The position numbers were made by a program, and so were the translations under genes. Below are positions 52,240 through 64,000 of a stretch of DNA of 64,000 bases, piece by piece (the stretch's first letter is position 1; every line of letters starts with the position of its first letter). Under the pieces are notes generated by a model. The model searched no databases. It had not been told where the DNA came from and saw only the letters and a program-made list of their open reading frames with translations. This DNA comes from Gordius albopunctatus (lineage: Eukaryota): assembly GCA_964276515.1 (NCBI GenBank), contig OZ193909.1, positions 15,252,001 to 15,316,000 of the forward strand, given 5' to 3'.

Positions 52240-52996
52240 GTCGTTTAGGAATTATAAATAGGTAGGAATAGTTTTACTACTAGAGCGAAGTACTAATAAT
52301 AGTGACGCAGGAGTATTAACTGAATCGTAATTTTTTAGAAATTAGAATGGATATGGATACAAAAAGGTAGGTACGAGGGCATCTGTGAACTTTATAAGTA
52401 CAGGATACAATATCAATTAAATTATCAATTGACGTAAGGGTGAGGGCTTGATGGCCCATTAAATAGCTCTGCGTAAAGCGTTCAACAGGGTGAGTAAAGT
52501 CGTTTATACCTTTATGTTCCAGTAGTGCGTTTGTGATTAATTTTGACAATCAGCGACCGTCAAAAATTCCTGGAAAAAATTAAACAAACAACGGTAATCA
52601 GGGTGCAGAGTTTAAATATTAAAGGCGTCCTTTAATGCCATCGATCCTTTAAGCCCGAGTGCAACGGAGGGTGAGAAGGTATATAATTAATTTTTAATCG
52701 CCAAATGTATATGGAAAATTCAATAATGAAAGGCGGCTATAAATCGAACCCCTCTCCCCATACTATGAATGGGTAAGGAAAGGGTAAATTAAATTATATT
52801 CCCTTTAATAATTTATGAAGCCTAATGGCTCCATAGATTTAACATGTACCTGCCTTAACAAATATCAGCCACTTGACGTCTATTTTCACCCGATTCCTTT
52901 TTGCTTTGTACTACATTCCAAATCTCGATCTTTTAGTTTAAAATCCTTTTTACACGCCACCGCCAGACACAATATTTTTGAAATATAATTTGATAA

Positions 52997-53072
52997 CATG
53001 GGCGTAGACAGGATTAGATTTAGAGGGGGGGGGGCAATCGCCTCTCCCTGCCATACCCGGGTTACGCCCATG
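52997..53072. mobile_element. Short MITE, catgggcgtagc-TIR family
   Basis: catgggcgtagac / gttacgcccatg. TSD tttgataa / tttgacga (6/8). Confidence 0.7.
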
Positions 53073-53152
53073 TTTGACGAATTGCTTGTGAGTGTAGACA
53101 GTTAGCGCGTTTGTCGAATCTATAGCAGGTAAATGTATTGCAAGTGTGTCAC

Positions 53153-54758
53153 TTTTAATTGCTATGCAATTTATGGGCTCGTTTTTGGTTGTCCGTCCGT
53201 CCACCAAGTTATTTACACCAGCTTCCCGACCTGGAGGTTGCGGGTTCGAGACCCGGAGAGGACAAAATTTTTTTTTTTTTAAATTAAATTAATATTTTTT
53301 TCTTGTTAATACCATTGATAATATGACTTTTTGACCGTCCGCAGGCTACTGACCAATGAAAAAATGACCACTGGCCAGATAAATCGAAATTTTTAATTTT
53401 TCGTTTTTGAATAGTTTAACATTGATAATTACCCTATGCCCTCCCCTACAAGGGCCTATGGCTCTATTTATATGGTTCCCTGTTCCCCTCCAAAGGCTTA
53501 TGCCTCTATTTAATGTGGGTTCGAATCCCGGAGAGGGCAAAATTTTTATTTTTTTAATTAATTTAATATTTTGTTCTTGTTAATACCATTGATAATATGA
53601 CTTTTTGACCGTCCGCTGGCTACTGACCAATGAAAAAATGAACATTGGCCAAATAAATCCTAATTTTTCGTTTTTCCTTTTTGAATAAGTTAACATTGAT
53701 AATTGAAAAAAATTACCATTGGCCAAATAAATCAAAATTTTTTGTTCGTTTTTGAATAGGTTAACATTGATAATTACCCTATACTTTTTAATAATTGCTA
53801 TGCAATTTATCTAGTTTTTGGGTTAGAATCCCGGAGTTTTTTTTGACACTTATGATTGTTCTTGTTACTATCAATGATAATAAGACTTTTTGGCCGTCCG
53901 CTGGCTGCTGACCAATGAAAAAAATGACCATTGGCCAAAATGTGTATCCGAGTTTATTTTTTCGTTTTTTTTGAATATTATGATTGTTCCTGTTCCTACC
54001 ATTGCTATTATGACTTTTTGGCCGTCCGCTGGCTGCTGACCAATGGAATAAAATGACCATTGGCCAAAATGTGATTCGAAAATTTTTTTTTCGTTTTTTT
54101 TTTGACTGTTATGAATTTATATCCACTTTTAGCGTGTCCTGGCTGCTGACCAATGGAAAAAAATGACCATTGGCCAAAATGTGAATCGAAATTATTTTTT
54201 CCGTTTTTTTTGACTATTATGATTGTTCCTGTTCCTACCATTGCTATTATGACTTTTTGGCCGTCCGCTGGCTGCTGACCAATGGAATAAAATAACCATT
54301 GGCCAAAATGTGATTCGAAAACTTTTTTTTCGTTTTTTTTTGACTATTATGAATTTATATCCACTTTTACCGTGTCCTGGCAGCTGACCAATGGAAAAAA
54401 TGACTTTTGGCCAAAATGTGATTCGAAAATTTTTTTTTCGTTTTTTTTGACTATTATGATTGTTCCTGTTCCTACAATTGCTATTATGACTTTTTGGTAA
54501 TACAACTGTTTCCCGTAGAATTTAACTAACCATAAAGCTTCCCCTTCGCTCCCTCTCTCCCCCTTTGTGATATTTGGCATATACACTTATTTAGTGCTTC
54601 CAACCTTCGTTTTGCAATATTCACGTAAGTATTTCCATAAATTGCATAGCAAATATGATACATTTATACGGAGTGTAGATGAGTTCCCCCTTCCTTCCCC
54701 TCCCCCCTTCCCTCCCCTTCCCCCTTCCCACGAGGGCCGAAGGCCCGAGTCTTCAATT
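53153..54758 (+). mobile_element. DINE-1/Helentron-like non-autonomous element (HINE), apparently complete
   Basis: T-run, then 18-bp subterminal IR ttgctatgcaatttatgg (53159-53176) / ccataaattgcatagcaa (54635-54652). (GTCC)n follows the 5' IR. Central tandem repeats, a C/T-rich tract, and a perfect stem-loop gggcc-gaa-ggccc at 54734-54746. No TSD. Confidence 0.75.
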
Positions 54759-54923
54759 AAAGTCAAAAATGAACATTTGTGAATAAGCATTACACTATAC
54801 CTACTGATTAAGGTGATATACTAGACACGGCACCCTAAATAAACCCCGAAATTTAATTTGTTTTGGGGTCAACCCCTGATTAACCCATCTTTGGTTACCG
54901 TAAACTTGGACGATGTCTACCTG

Positions 54924-55090
54924 CATGGGCGTAGCTATGGAAGGGGGAGCAGGAAGGGGCGGGCCTTCCCCCTCTACATCCAAAATTTATTGATTTAAAA
55001 AGTATTGCTAAAACTTCAGAAAATTATCATTTTGCCCCTCCCTTAATCATTATTGCCCCCCCTCTAATTCCAATGCTGGCTACACCCATG
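54924..55090. mobile_element. MITE, catgggcgtagc-TIR family
   Basis: catgggcgtagc / gctacacccatg with exact TSD tctacctg. Confidence 0.85.
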
Positions 55091-56697
55091 TCTACCTGAC
55101 CTGGCTTATTTTGCTTAATTTAACCCAGCTCGACTAAGTACACCTAAAGAACACAAGTTGGATTAGCCTTCATAAGTGCAACACTGCCTGAGTGCTCAAT
55201 TAAACTCTGTTTTATGAGGTAGCATGAGCGTGACCAGGGAGAGGCAGAAAGGAACGACTGCCTCCTCACCCATATCCAATAGTTAATACTAAAAAACAGC
55301 AATTTTGATCTTCCCTAAATAAATTTAGCCCCCTTTTAGTAAATCCTGGCTTAGGCCGTGTTGATTTCCAAAAGCCACCACCGTCATAATATATGGACGC
55401 CGTTTATAGAACGCATTTCAATTTAATTAAAAATTTATTTTGGCTAAGAAATATTGTTTAAACAACTAATCAATATTTGGCGTGACTAATGCAAAAAATA
55501 ATTTTGCTACGAATTTTTAAGCTATGCCAAAATTTTAGCTTAATTTTATAATTAATTAAAATCTTTTTGAATAAACTTTTGGTAAAAACTCTAGCTTTTT
55601 ATATTTTTGTGGACTAATCATTTCTTGAAATGTGTGCTAATAACGGTTGTCTACAGATTAAAGGGAATACTATGAAAATTAGCTAGTAAACTTGAAAATG
55701 ACATAAACTTTGAGATATAATTGAATCAAATAATTAAATCAGTTGCTTGGTGATTTAATATCGTTTATATATGTCTTTTTTAATACATAGGTGTTAAGGT
55801 GTAGAAGCCCAATTGTTCGTTCATTTGTTAAGGCTTAATGTTTGAATAAAATGTTTATCAAAAATATAAACTTTGCACTTAAATGGTTTAACTTTAATAT
55901 ATTATGGTTTTTATAAGTTTAAGCATGGATTGTTTTAAGGTAAAAATGGTTAATAGCAGTTATTCTTTCCCAGTAATGAGGGTGGACAATAGGATGATAG
56001 GTTTATTGCAAGTAGCCATTAATATCAACAATCAGTTGCAATATCAATCTTGTATCTAATGTGAATTAATTTAATGAAATTCCTATTAATCCCGCCTGTG
56101 TCTAACTAAGTGTTTCCATTAGCATTAATTATATATAACTTTGTAAAATACGTGATCTGATTCACATAAAGCAAAAAACTTTTACTTAGTTTTTCCACTT
56201 TTAACGTTTTTATGAAGGTTAAAGTAAATAGATAAGTTAGAATTTACAGAGCTATTTACGCCATAAATTAGTAAAACATAGAGGTAGAAAGATAACATTT
56301 CATTTAAAATAACTTCAAAACACAAGTTTGTCTTTAGTGATCATTGACTAGTAAATTGTTTAAATTCAATTTAAGAATGTCATGAGTTCTAGCATCAAAC
56401 ATAAGGAATTTATGTTATTATTTATTTTAGCCTTTAGATTTAATGAGCCCAAGTCAATTATAAGAGATATTTGTTACAATTAATGACTTAAGCCAGCGCC
56501 ATAGAATCCACCATTTTGAATTTGGCAATCTCCTATATCTCTCTGCAGTGACCGCCATTGTTAATACAGAAAAAGGGAATTTATCTTCTTCGTCATTTAA
56601 TAAATAAAAACGAATTATAATAAACCTCAATGGATTCAGTTGAAATATTGCTACGAAATTTGGCCTCTTGACAAATCGTGGTTCTTTTAGATCTAAA

Positions 56698-57200
56698 GTC
56701 CTAGGTGGCATATAAATTAGGGTTATTCTTATTTGATTCCCGGTTACTACCCGTCGTAAATGGGGCCCTCTTTATAAAACCCAAACCGGAATCGTATTTA
56801 CAATCTTTATTTCAAAAATATATTATAACAAATATTATTTACGCCACAATCACGGTGGGTTAATGAGTTTTATCCTTTAACACCGTGAACGTGAACTCAA
56901 TCTAATTTGGCCTTATATATAGCTATCTCGATTACTATGTGACTAGTAAATTAACTATGGCATACTGATGAGCTCCAATAAGAGCGAAAACGTTATATGA
57001 TGTCTGTTTTATTTTCAAGTCACATTCTAAAAGAGATAGGGATAATTTAGTCATATTAGTCTTTAATTTAAAATGTGTCCTAGATGGCATATAAATTAGA
57101 GTTATTCTTATTTGATTCTAGGTTACTACCCGTCGTCTTTATAAAACCCAAACCGGAATCGTATTTACAATCTTTATTTCAAAAATATATTATAACAAAT
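56698..57200. repeat. Direct repeats of about 125-135 bp (56698-56833 and 57077-57200) flanking a hammerhead motif; Penelope pseudo-LTR-like
   Basis: gtcctag(g/a)tggcatataaattag...ggttactacccgtcgt...aaaccggaatcgtatttacaatc...ataacaaat occurs twice, 379 bp apart. Confidence 0.8.
56959..57000 (+). ncRNA. Minimal type I hammerhead ribozyme
   Basis: cata CTGATGA gctc-caataa-gagc GAA AACGTT A tatg. Conserved core, 4-bp stem II, palindromic stem III (AACGTT), UUA cleavage triplet, and stem I cata/tatg. Confidence 0.72.
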
Positions 57201-58862
57201 TAGCTTTAACTTCCACTTGTAATAAAATTTGATAGAACACTTTGTCTACATCCAAGTTGCAATCTTACAGTGCTATCTGCGAGTCGAATCACTTGTTGAA
57301 TGTCATAATTCTTTTTCTGCAATTGTTTGTGTAAGGATTTTTATAGGTAAAGATTTAACAAGATATAAATTGGAAATCAATTATTTAGATCAACTACCAC
57401 TATAATTTATAAAAATAGAAGACCGAAACCAGGGAAAATGCTCAATCAAATTTCTGTTCGTGGCAAGTGATCAAATTCGGAAAATGAGAAATAATGTATA
57501 AAAAGCACTTTGTCGTAAATATCATTCATTAAGAAAGTGTATATACGAACTTTTGAGGTATTTAAAAGTGTCTTAGTCTTATATGCAACTATAAATACTT
57601 TCAATTCATCTAATAATGATTTATTATTAAAATAATATAAAATCTTTTAAATTTTTGCTAGGGGGGAGGGCCCCCCCCTTTGGCCACGCCACTCTTTTAA
57701 AAGTAATTATTCCCCTTAGCACTTATAATATTATCAAAAATAATTTATGCTTCCTCTGGAGAATATAGTTTATCCACATAGATATTTATTATATTATTTG
57801 TAAATCAAACAAAATGATTATTATTATTAAATCAACATTCTTTAATTTAAGCTTTTATATTGAGCGGAGTATGTGTGTCCCATTATTTCTTACAATTATT
57901 CGATAAATTATATTGACAACAAATTTTGCAACTTTTTTTAAAGGTTTTAAACCGTGTAAATTTTACCTTCCTGGGTTAGGGATTCCTACTATTCTTATTG
58001 TATATTTAAGATAAGTTTAAAAAGGTTCCTTACTTAAGTTTCCCTCTTAAAGCTTAAGGGAATTATATTAATTTTTATAAAGTCAAAATATTAAAAGAAA
58101 TAATATTGCTTATCAAAAATACACATTTTATAGCACAAATATTGGTAAACTAAGATGAAACCATTTATACTTATGGATATTTTGACAATACCAACTGATT
58201 TTACCTAATTTTAAAATTGTCATGTTTATTATTATCCTATTATACAATTTAGATTTATATTCCAGTTTAGGACAAATGCAACCTTCACTGCATTTATAAG
58301 TTTTCGGAAAAGCTTATAATTTTAAAACAGCGAATTTTGTTCCAAATTAACACTTTTTTGGCCTATCTTTTTAAATCTATAAGCAATTCCATATTTAAAA
58401 TTATGAAGGAAAAAAAGTACGCTATATATGATCTTTAAGTTATACGACACATAATTAAAAGTCTTTTTATATAAAAAAAACAAACAAAAATACTTTATAA
58501 ATTTTTTATGTACGTTATATTAAATTTCGGCTATATATCATTTTTCATACAAGGCTCAGAATAATTTCGGTCATTTTTTTAATCCCTTATGCATATTGTT
58601 TTAGACTACAAAATGTGGATTTTTTTATATTTGTAAGCTACTATCGTTTCAAAAGATCTCTTTATAACTGCGGCAAAAACTAATTAATAATTAATTCTAT
58701 TTATGTTAGCAATGGTAATACTTTTTAATAAAAACCAATTAAATATTCTTTGAGATGATTTCAAACTAAATTTTTTATTCCAAATAATATCTAATTTAAG
58801 TCAACAAAATTTAATAAAAATTTATGGACTTGCCATTTGATGTAAACATATTGTAGTAATAA

Positions 58863-59000
58863 CTAGCTGTGCCCGGCCAAGTGTTGCTTTGGCTGAGTCC
58901 TTAAGTGGTTAAATAAGTATAACCTATTAATAAGACTTATCTAAAATGGGGCCATATATGAAATAATAATTCAAATAAATAAAATATCCATAATATTTAG
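58863..59000 (-). mobile_element. Helitron 3' terminus (same family as 552-6469), short non-autonomous copy or fragment
   Basis: Reverse complement of about 6315-6469, including the hairpin and CTAG|T end. The 5' end may be near 59064. Confidence 0.85.
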
Positions 59001-59657
59001 AGCACGAATTTTATCACGTCATGGATTTTCTGAACCCACTATTTTTAGTATATATATAATAAGACAAACCAAATGCGAATTCTGTTTTAGTCATCAAATC
59101 CCACTAAAATTAAATGTTTTTGAAAAAATTGCGGATTAATTCTGTTACTTATTATACAATAATACCATTATTTTATTTTTCTAGTTAGCTGATTTATTTG
59201 AAATACAATTTTCTTTAATATAATAAAATAATTAATTGAAGGATGGAAAATTATATAAAATATGCTTCTATGATCGACCACGTGATAATAATTTAAATAT
59301 TATTTATTTATTTTAAATAGTTTGTTAAACCCCAATAATTTTGACCGTATACTGTAACATTTTTATTATACTTTTAAATATCTAATGCGAGAAAACTTGA
59401 GCCTTGTATGTATGACGTCATTATTGTATATGCTGCTATAAATGAAATTGGGCGGAAAATGTGCGATATTTTTAAAACTAAAAGGAATTTTAGGATTCTG
59501 AAAAAGCTATTTTACCCCTGGAATCCTTGGGCATCTACGGCTAAATTTTCGCGCAAATCGGGCCCGGTAGTTTTAGAATTAAGCTATTTTTTAAAACTAA
59601 AAGGCCCATATTTTTAAAACTAAAAGAATTTCAGGATTGCGAAAAGGCTATTTTACC

Positions 59658-60780
59658 TAGTGATGGGGAAATAGCGTTTTTAAGGAGCTAAAGCTATAGC
59701 ACATAGTCACTTTAAATGCTATAAGCTATAGGAGATGGGAGGTTTGAGGTGCTATAAGCTATAGGAGATGAGGGGTTTGAGGTGCTATAAGCTAGTGGTG
59801 GGAAAACGCTTAGCACTAGCGCGCTTAGCACCTCCCCGCTGATGGGAATAGCCTATTAAATACGCTATGTCTACTAGCACATAGTCACTTTAAGTGCTAT
59901 AAGCTATAGGAGATGGGAGGTTTGAGGTGCTAGAGCTATAGGAGATGGGAGGTTTGAGGTGCTATGAGCTATAGGAGATGGGAGGTTTGAGGTGCTATGT
60001 GCTATAGGAGATGGGAGTTTGAGGTGCTATGTGCTATAGAAGATGGGAGGTTTGAGGTGCTATGTGCTATAGGAGATGGGAGTTTGAGGTGCTATGTGCT
60101 ATAGGAGATGGGAGTTTGAGGTGCTATGTGCTATAGGAGATGGGAGTTTGAGATGCTATGTGCTATAGGAGATGGGAGTTTGAGGTGCTATGTGCTATAG
60201 CCGATTGCACTTAAATGCGCTACAAAAGATTATAAGAAAATAGATTTTGTTTTTTGTAAGATTTGCAAGAATGTGTTATCCTATAATTCCTGTTCATCGG
60301 GTAATTCCACGAAAAGAAAATTTTGACATATATCTATGCAAGCCACTTTCAACAAAACTTACAAGCCCTGCAAAAATCAAAAAAGATCTCATATCCTCAA
60401 TAACCCATTTTTGTGGAATGGATATGGCTTGAAACATCTTTTATGAAGAAAGATGTAGAGAAAAATGAAGTTGACAGCAACATAAAGATAAGGATCAACG
60501 AGAAAAAAATAAAATTATCGGATTGGTGGAAAGACCGCAGTGGTCATTTCAAGCGCTTAGCCCCCTTGTTCGTAAGATTTTTTCGACGCCTGCTTTTGTC
60601 TCGAGTGAGAAGTGGCCGCATTTATGAAGAGCGGATAACAAATTTAAACACGGAAATTTTTTATGCTTGTGTTTTTTTGCATCAAAATAGTTTTATTATC
60701 GATTCATAATTTTTTTATGTGCGTTTCATTATTTAATAAAAATTTTTACCAAAATTAAGTTTGATTAAGTTTCTGCAATT
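59658..60780 (+). mobile_element. Decayed hAT derivative with a subterminal minisatellite
   Basis: Left end tagtgatgggg. Remnant DWWKDRSGHFKRLAPL...SGRIYEERITNL (dimerisation-domain-like) at about 60520-60650. Confidence 0.55.
59717..60200. repeat. 32-33 bp minisatellite, about 11 copies in two blocks
   Basis: Unit gctataggagatgggag(g)tttgaggtgctat(aa/gt). Confidence 0.92.
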
Positions 60781-63002
60781 ACGGGGTATTAAATGCAAAA
60801 TGATTAGTAAATTATTAATACAAATTTTCCATCACTTTGGCCAGTGATGATCTTTTCTAATGGTTAGCAGACAGCCAAATAACTAGCCTATAATTATAAT
60901 CAAGAAAAAAAATCGATTTTAATCTCACTTCGGCCAATGGTCATTTTTTTCATTGGTCAGTAGCCAGCGGAGAGCCAAAATGCCATATTATCAATGGTAT
61001 TAACAAGAACAATTTATTAAATTAATTAAAAAAATTGTCCTCTCCGGGTATTGAACCAGAAAGTCAGAACGTTGTAAGGACGAATAAAACTTGACTAAAT
61101 TAAAAAATCGATAAATGGGTTAGATTAAAATATACGACGTATATTTAGGATGAGACAGCAACACAGTGATCGGTAGAAAGAGATGGATAGAAGGAAAAGT
61201 ACTTTTATAGCTTCTTATATTAAGGCGAGATGAACTTAAAAGAATTTGACAAGATAATTTTCTCGTTGGTTTTAAGGGTAACCCAAAGGGTGACCCATGA
61301 CATATTTCAAAAAATCATTAATGTTAATAGGTGTAGTGTAAAAATATGAATTTTTCAGTAACTTAACAAAAATATTTTAGAGTATTTGTCCAAATTTCGA
61401 ATATTTGCCTTAGACCTTAGTTTAGGTGATATATTGTCCTTCTTTCGAGTTTAGACTAAGGTTATATTCAGCCGGTAAAATTATAGGTGTAATAAATTTT
61501 GTAAGCTTCCTACTAATCATAGGGCCATTTAAATTGCTTGTTATAATAATTAATTAAATAATTATAATATAGAAACTTTGATTATTGATTGGTCAGCAGA
61601 TAGCCAAATAACTAGCGTCTAATTATAATCTAGAAAAAAAAAATCGATTTTAATCTGATTTGGCCAGTGGTCCGTTTTTCCATTTATCAGCAGCCAGCAG
61701 ACTTCCAAATAGCCTATATTTAAAATATAGACAAAAAATTTGATACACTTTGGCCAGTGGGCATTTTTTTCTATTGGTCAGCAGCCAGGAAACGGTCAAA
61801 AAGGATATAAATACATAAGAGACAAAAAAATTCGATTTATACTTTGGCCAATGGTCATTTTTTTATTGGTCAGCACCAGCAGCCAGGAAACGGTCAAAAA
61901 GGATATAAATACATAAGAGACAAAAAAATTCGATTTATACTTTGGCCAATGGTCATTTTTTTATTGTTAAGCAGCTAGGACACGGTCAAAAAGGATATAA
62001 ATACATAAGAGACGAAAAAAAACTTTAAAAAAATTTCGATTTATACTTTGGCCAATGGTCATTTTTTTCATTGGTCAGTAGCCAGGACACGGTCAAAAAG
62101 TCATATTATATTAACAAGAACAATATATTAATTTAAAAAAAGTTTGCCCTCTCCAGGATTCGAACCCACATCATTAAAGGCATAGGCTTTTGTAGGGGGG
62201 GGCACAGGGACCCATATCAGTAGAGGCATAGGCCCTTCTAGGGGAGGGAATAGGGTAATTATCAATGTTAACCTAATATACCAATTCAAAAACTAAAATA
62301 AAAATTGCGAATCACAATTTGGCCAATGGTCATTTTTTCATTGGTCAGTAGCCAGGACACGGTCAAAAAGTCATATTATCAATGGTATCAACAAGAACAA
62401 TATATTAATTTAATTTAAAAAATTTTTTGTGCCCTCTCCGAGATTCGAACCCACATAAGTAGAGGCATAGGCCCTTCTAGGGGAGGGCATAGGGTAATTA
62501 TCAATGTTAACCTAATATACCAATTCAAAAACTAAAATAAAAATTGCGAATCACAATTTGGCCAATGGTCATTTTTTCATTGGTCAGTAGCCAGGACACG
62601 GTCAAAAAGTCATATTATCAATGGTATCAACAAGAACAATATATTAATTTAATTTAAAAAAATTTTTGTGCCCTCTCCGAGATTCGAACCCACATCAGTA
62701 GAGGCATAGGCCCTTCTAGGGGAGGGCATAGGGTAATTATCAATGTTAACCTAATATACCAATTCAAAAACGAAAATAAAAATTGCGAATCACAATTTGG
62801 CCAATGGTCATTTTTTTCAATGGTCAGTAGCCAGAACACGGTCAAAAAGTCATATTATCAATGGTATTAACAAGAACAAAATATTAATTTAATTAAAAAA
62901 TTTTTTTTGTCCTGTCCGGGTATCGAACCAGCAAGTCAGAAAGTTGAAAGGAAGGACAACGGACGGACAACAAAAAGCGAGCCCATAAATTCCATAGCAA
63001 TT
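60780..63002 (-). mobile_element. DINE-1/Helentron-like element(s) in reverse orientation, with about 239-bp central tandem repeats
   Basis: 5' IR gcccataaattccatagcaatt at 62981-63002 preceded by ggacggac. Repeat units (ttcgaacccaca at 62444 and 62683) match those at 53230-54500. 3' end not identified. Confidence 0.7.
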
Positions 63003-63046
63003 GAAACAAAACTTAACATAGAAAAGTCGAAGCAATTAGCCAGTAA

Positions 63047-63595
<549 letters not shown>

Positions 63596-64000
63596 AAATT
63601 ATTACAGTCAGTGTTTTTAGATGGCAATAGGAGACAAAATATCTTCATCCATTCTTAATTACCTACCTCATCGGAGTTTCAATTTTTTCGATTCCTTCCC
63701 TCGAGCGGAATTTTGTGGAAACCCCTATCTGTAATTTTTGTAATTAATTTTATAGTTTCGCGTAAAAGGGCTTAATATTGTAAAAATGAATTTTTACCCA
63801 TAGCAATTATATCTGTTATTATAAAAAGCCGCATATTGTTTACAACAATTATGATTAATCATATCATATGCTTAAAATATATAATCGAGTGTGCTTTTAT
63901 ACTTTAATGACTTTCAAACAAGTCTAAATGGATACCAAATAAAACTCCAATTACAAACTGGTTAAATTTTAAAATTGCTGCTAAGTAATTGCTTTTTAGT

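Noticed and set aside
51711..52261. Alternative-frame and antisense ORFs over globin exon 1 (and similar ones over Helitron, pol, FBPase and PTCD1)
   Set aside because: Shadow ORFs of real coding sequence, with no independent motifs.
53230..53540. GGTTCGAATCC motifs as additional tRNA genes
   Set aside because: No D arm, anticodon arm or complete acceptor stem. They are repeat-borne fragments and are reported as a finding instead.
56454..56711. 85-aa minus-strand ORF beside the hammerhead repeat as a Penelope protein
   Set aside because: No RT or GIY-YIG motif is recognisable.

Overview
AT-rich, intron-containing animal (invertebrate-like) genomic DNA that is densely populated by transposable elements. 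Four spliced host genes can be reconstructed by hand: (i) mitochondrial pentatricopeptide protein PTCD1 (minus strand, at least 10 coding exons at 10710-18509, 5' end unresolved); (ii) a small dynactin subunit 3 (p22/p24)-like gene (plus, about 27582-28168) that the ORF track misses; (iii) fructose-1,6-bisphosphatase class 1 (plus, 6 exons, 29798-37794); (iv) a globin X-like gene (minus, 3 coding exons, 49326-52239) with a long N-terminal extension and apparently Ala instead of the distal His. One tRNA-Pro(TGG) lies at 39068-39139. Mobile DNA includes a full-length but decayed Helitron (552-6469) and a second 3' end of the same family, a truncated Ty3/Gypsy (Mag-like) element with an extra Arg-rich ORF after pol, an RTE-like LINE fragment whose tail is a long (CATA)n, and many hAT MITEs with 8-bp TSDs. 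There is also a four-level nest (MITE > hAT > Ginger1-like element with an OTU protease domain > hAT fragment), a DINE-1/Helentron-like family carrying tRNA-like B-box tandem repeats, a G/C-run satellite in inverted orientation, and a minimal hammerhead ribozyme between direct repeats (Penelope-like). All homology calls come from recognising motifs by eye and from recalled family consensus, not from database searches.
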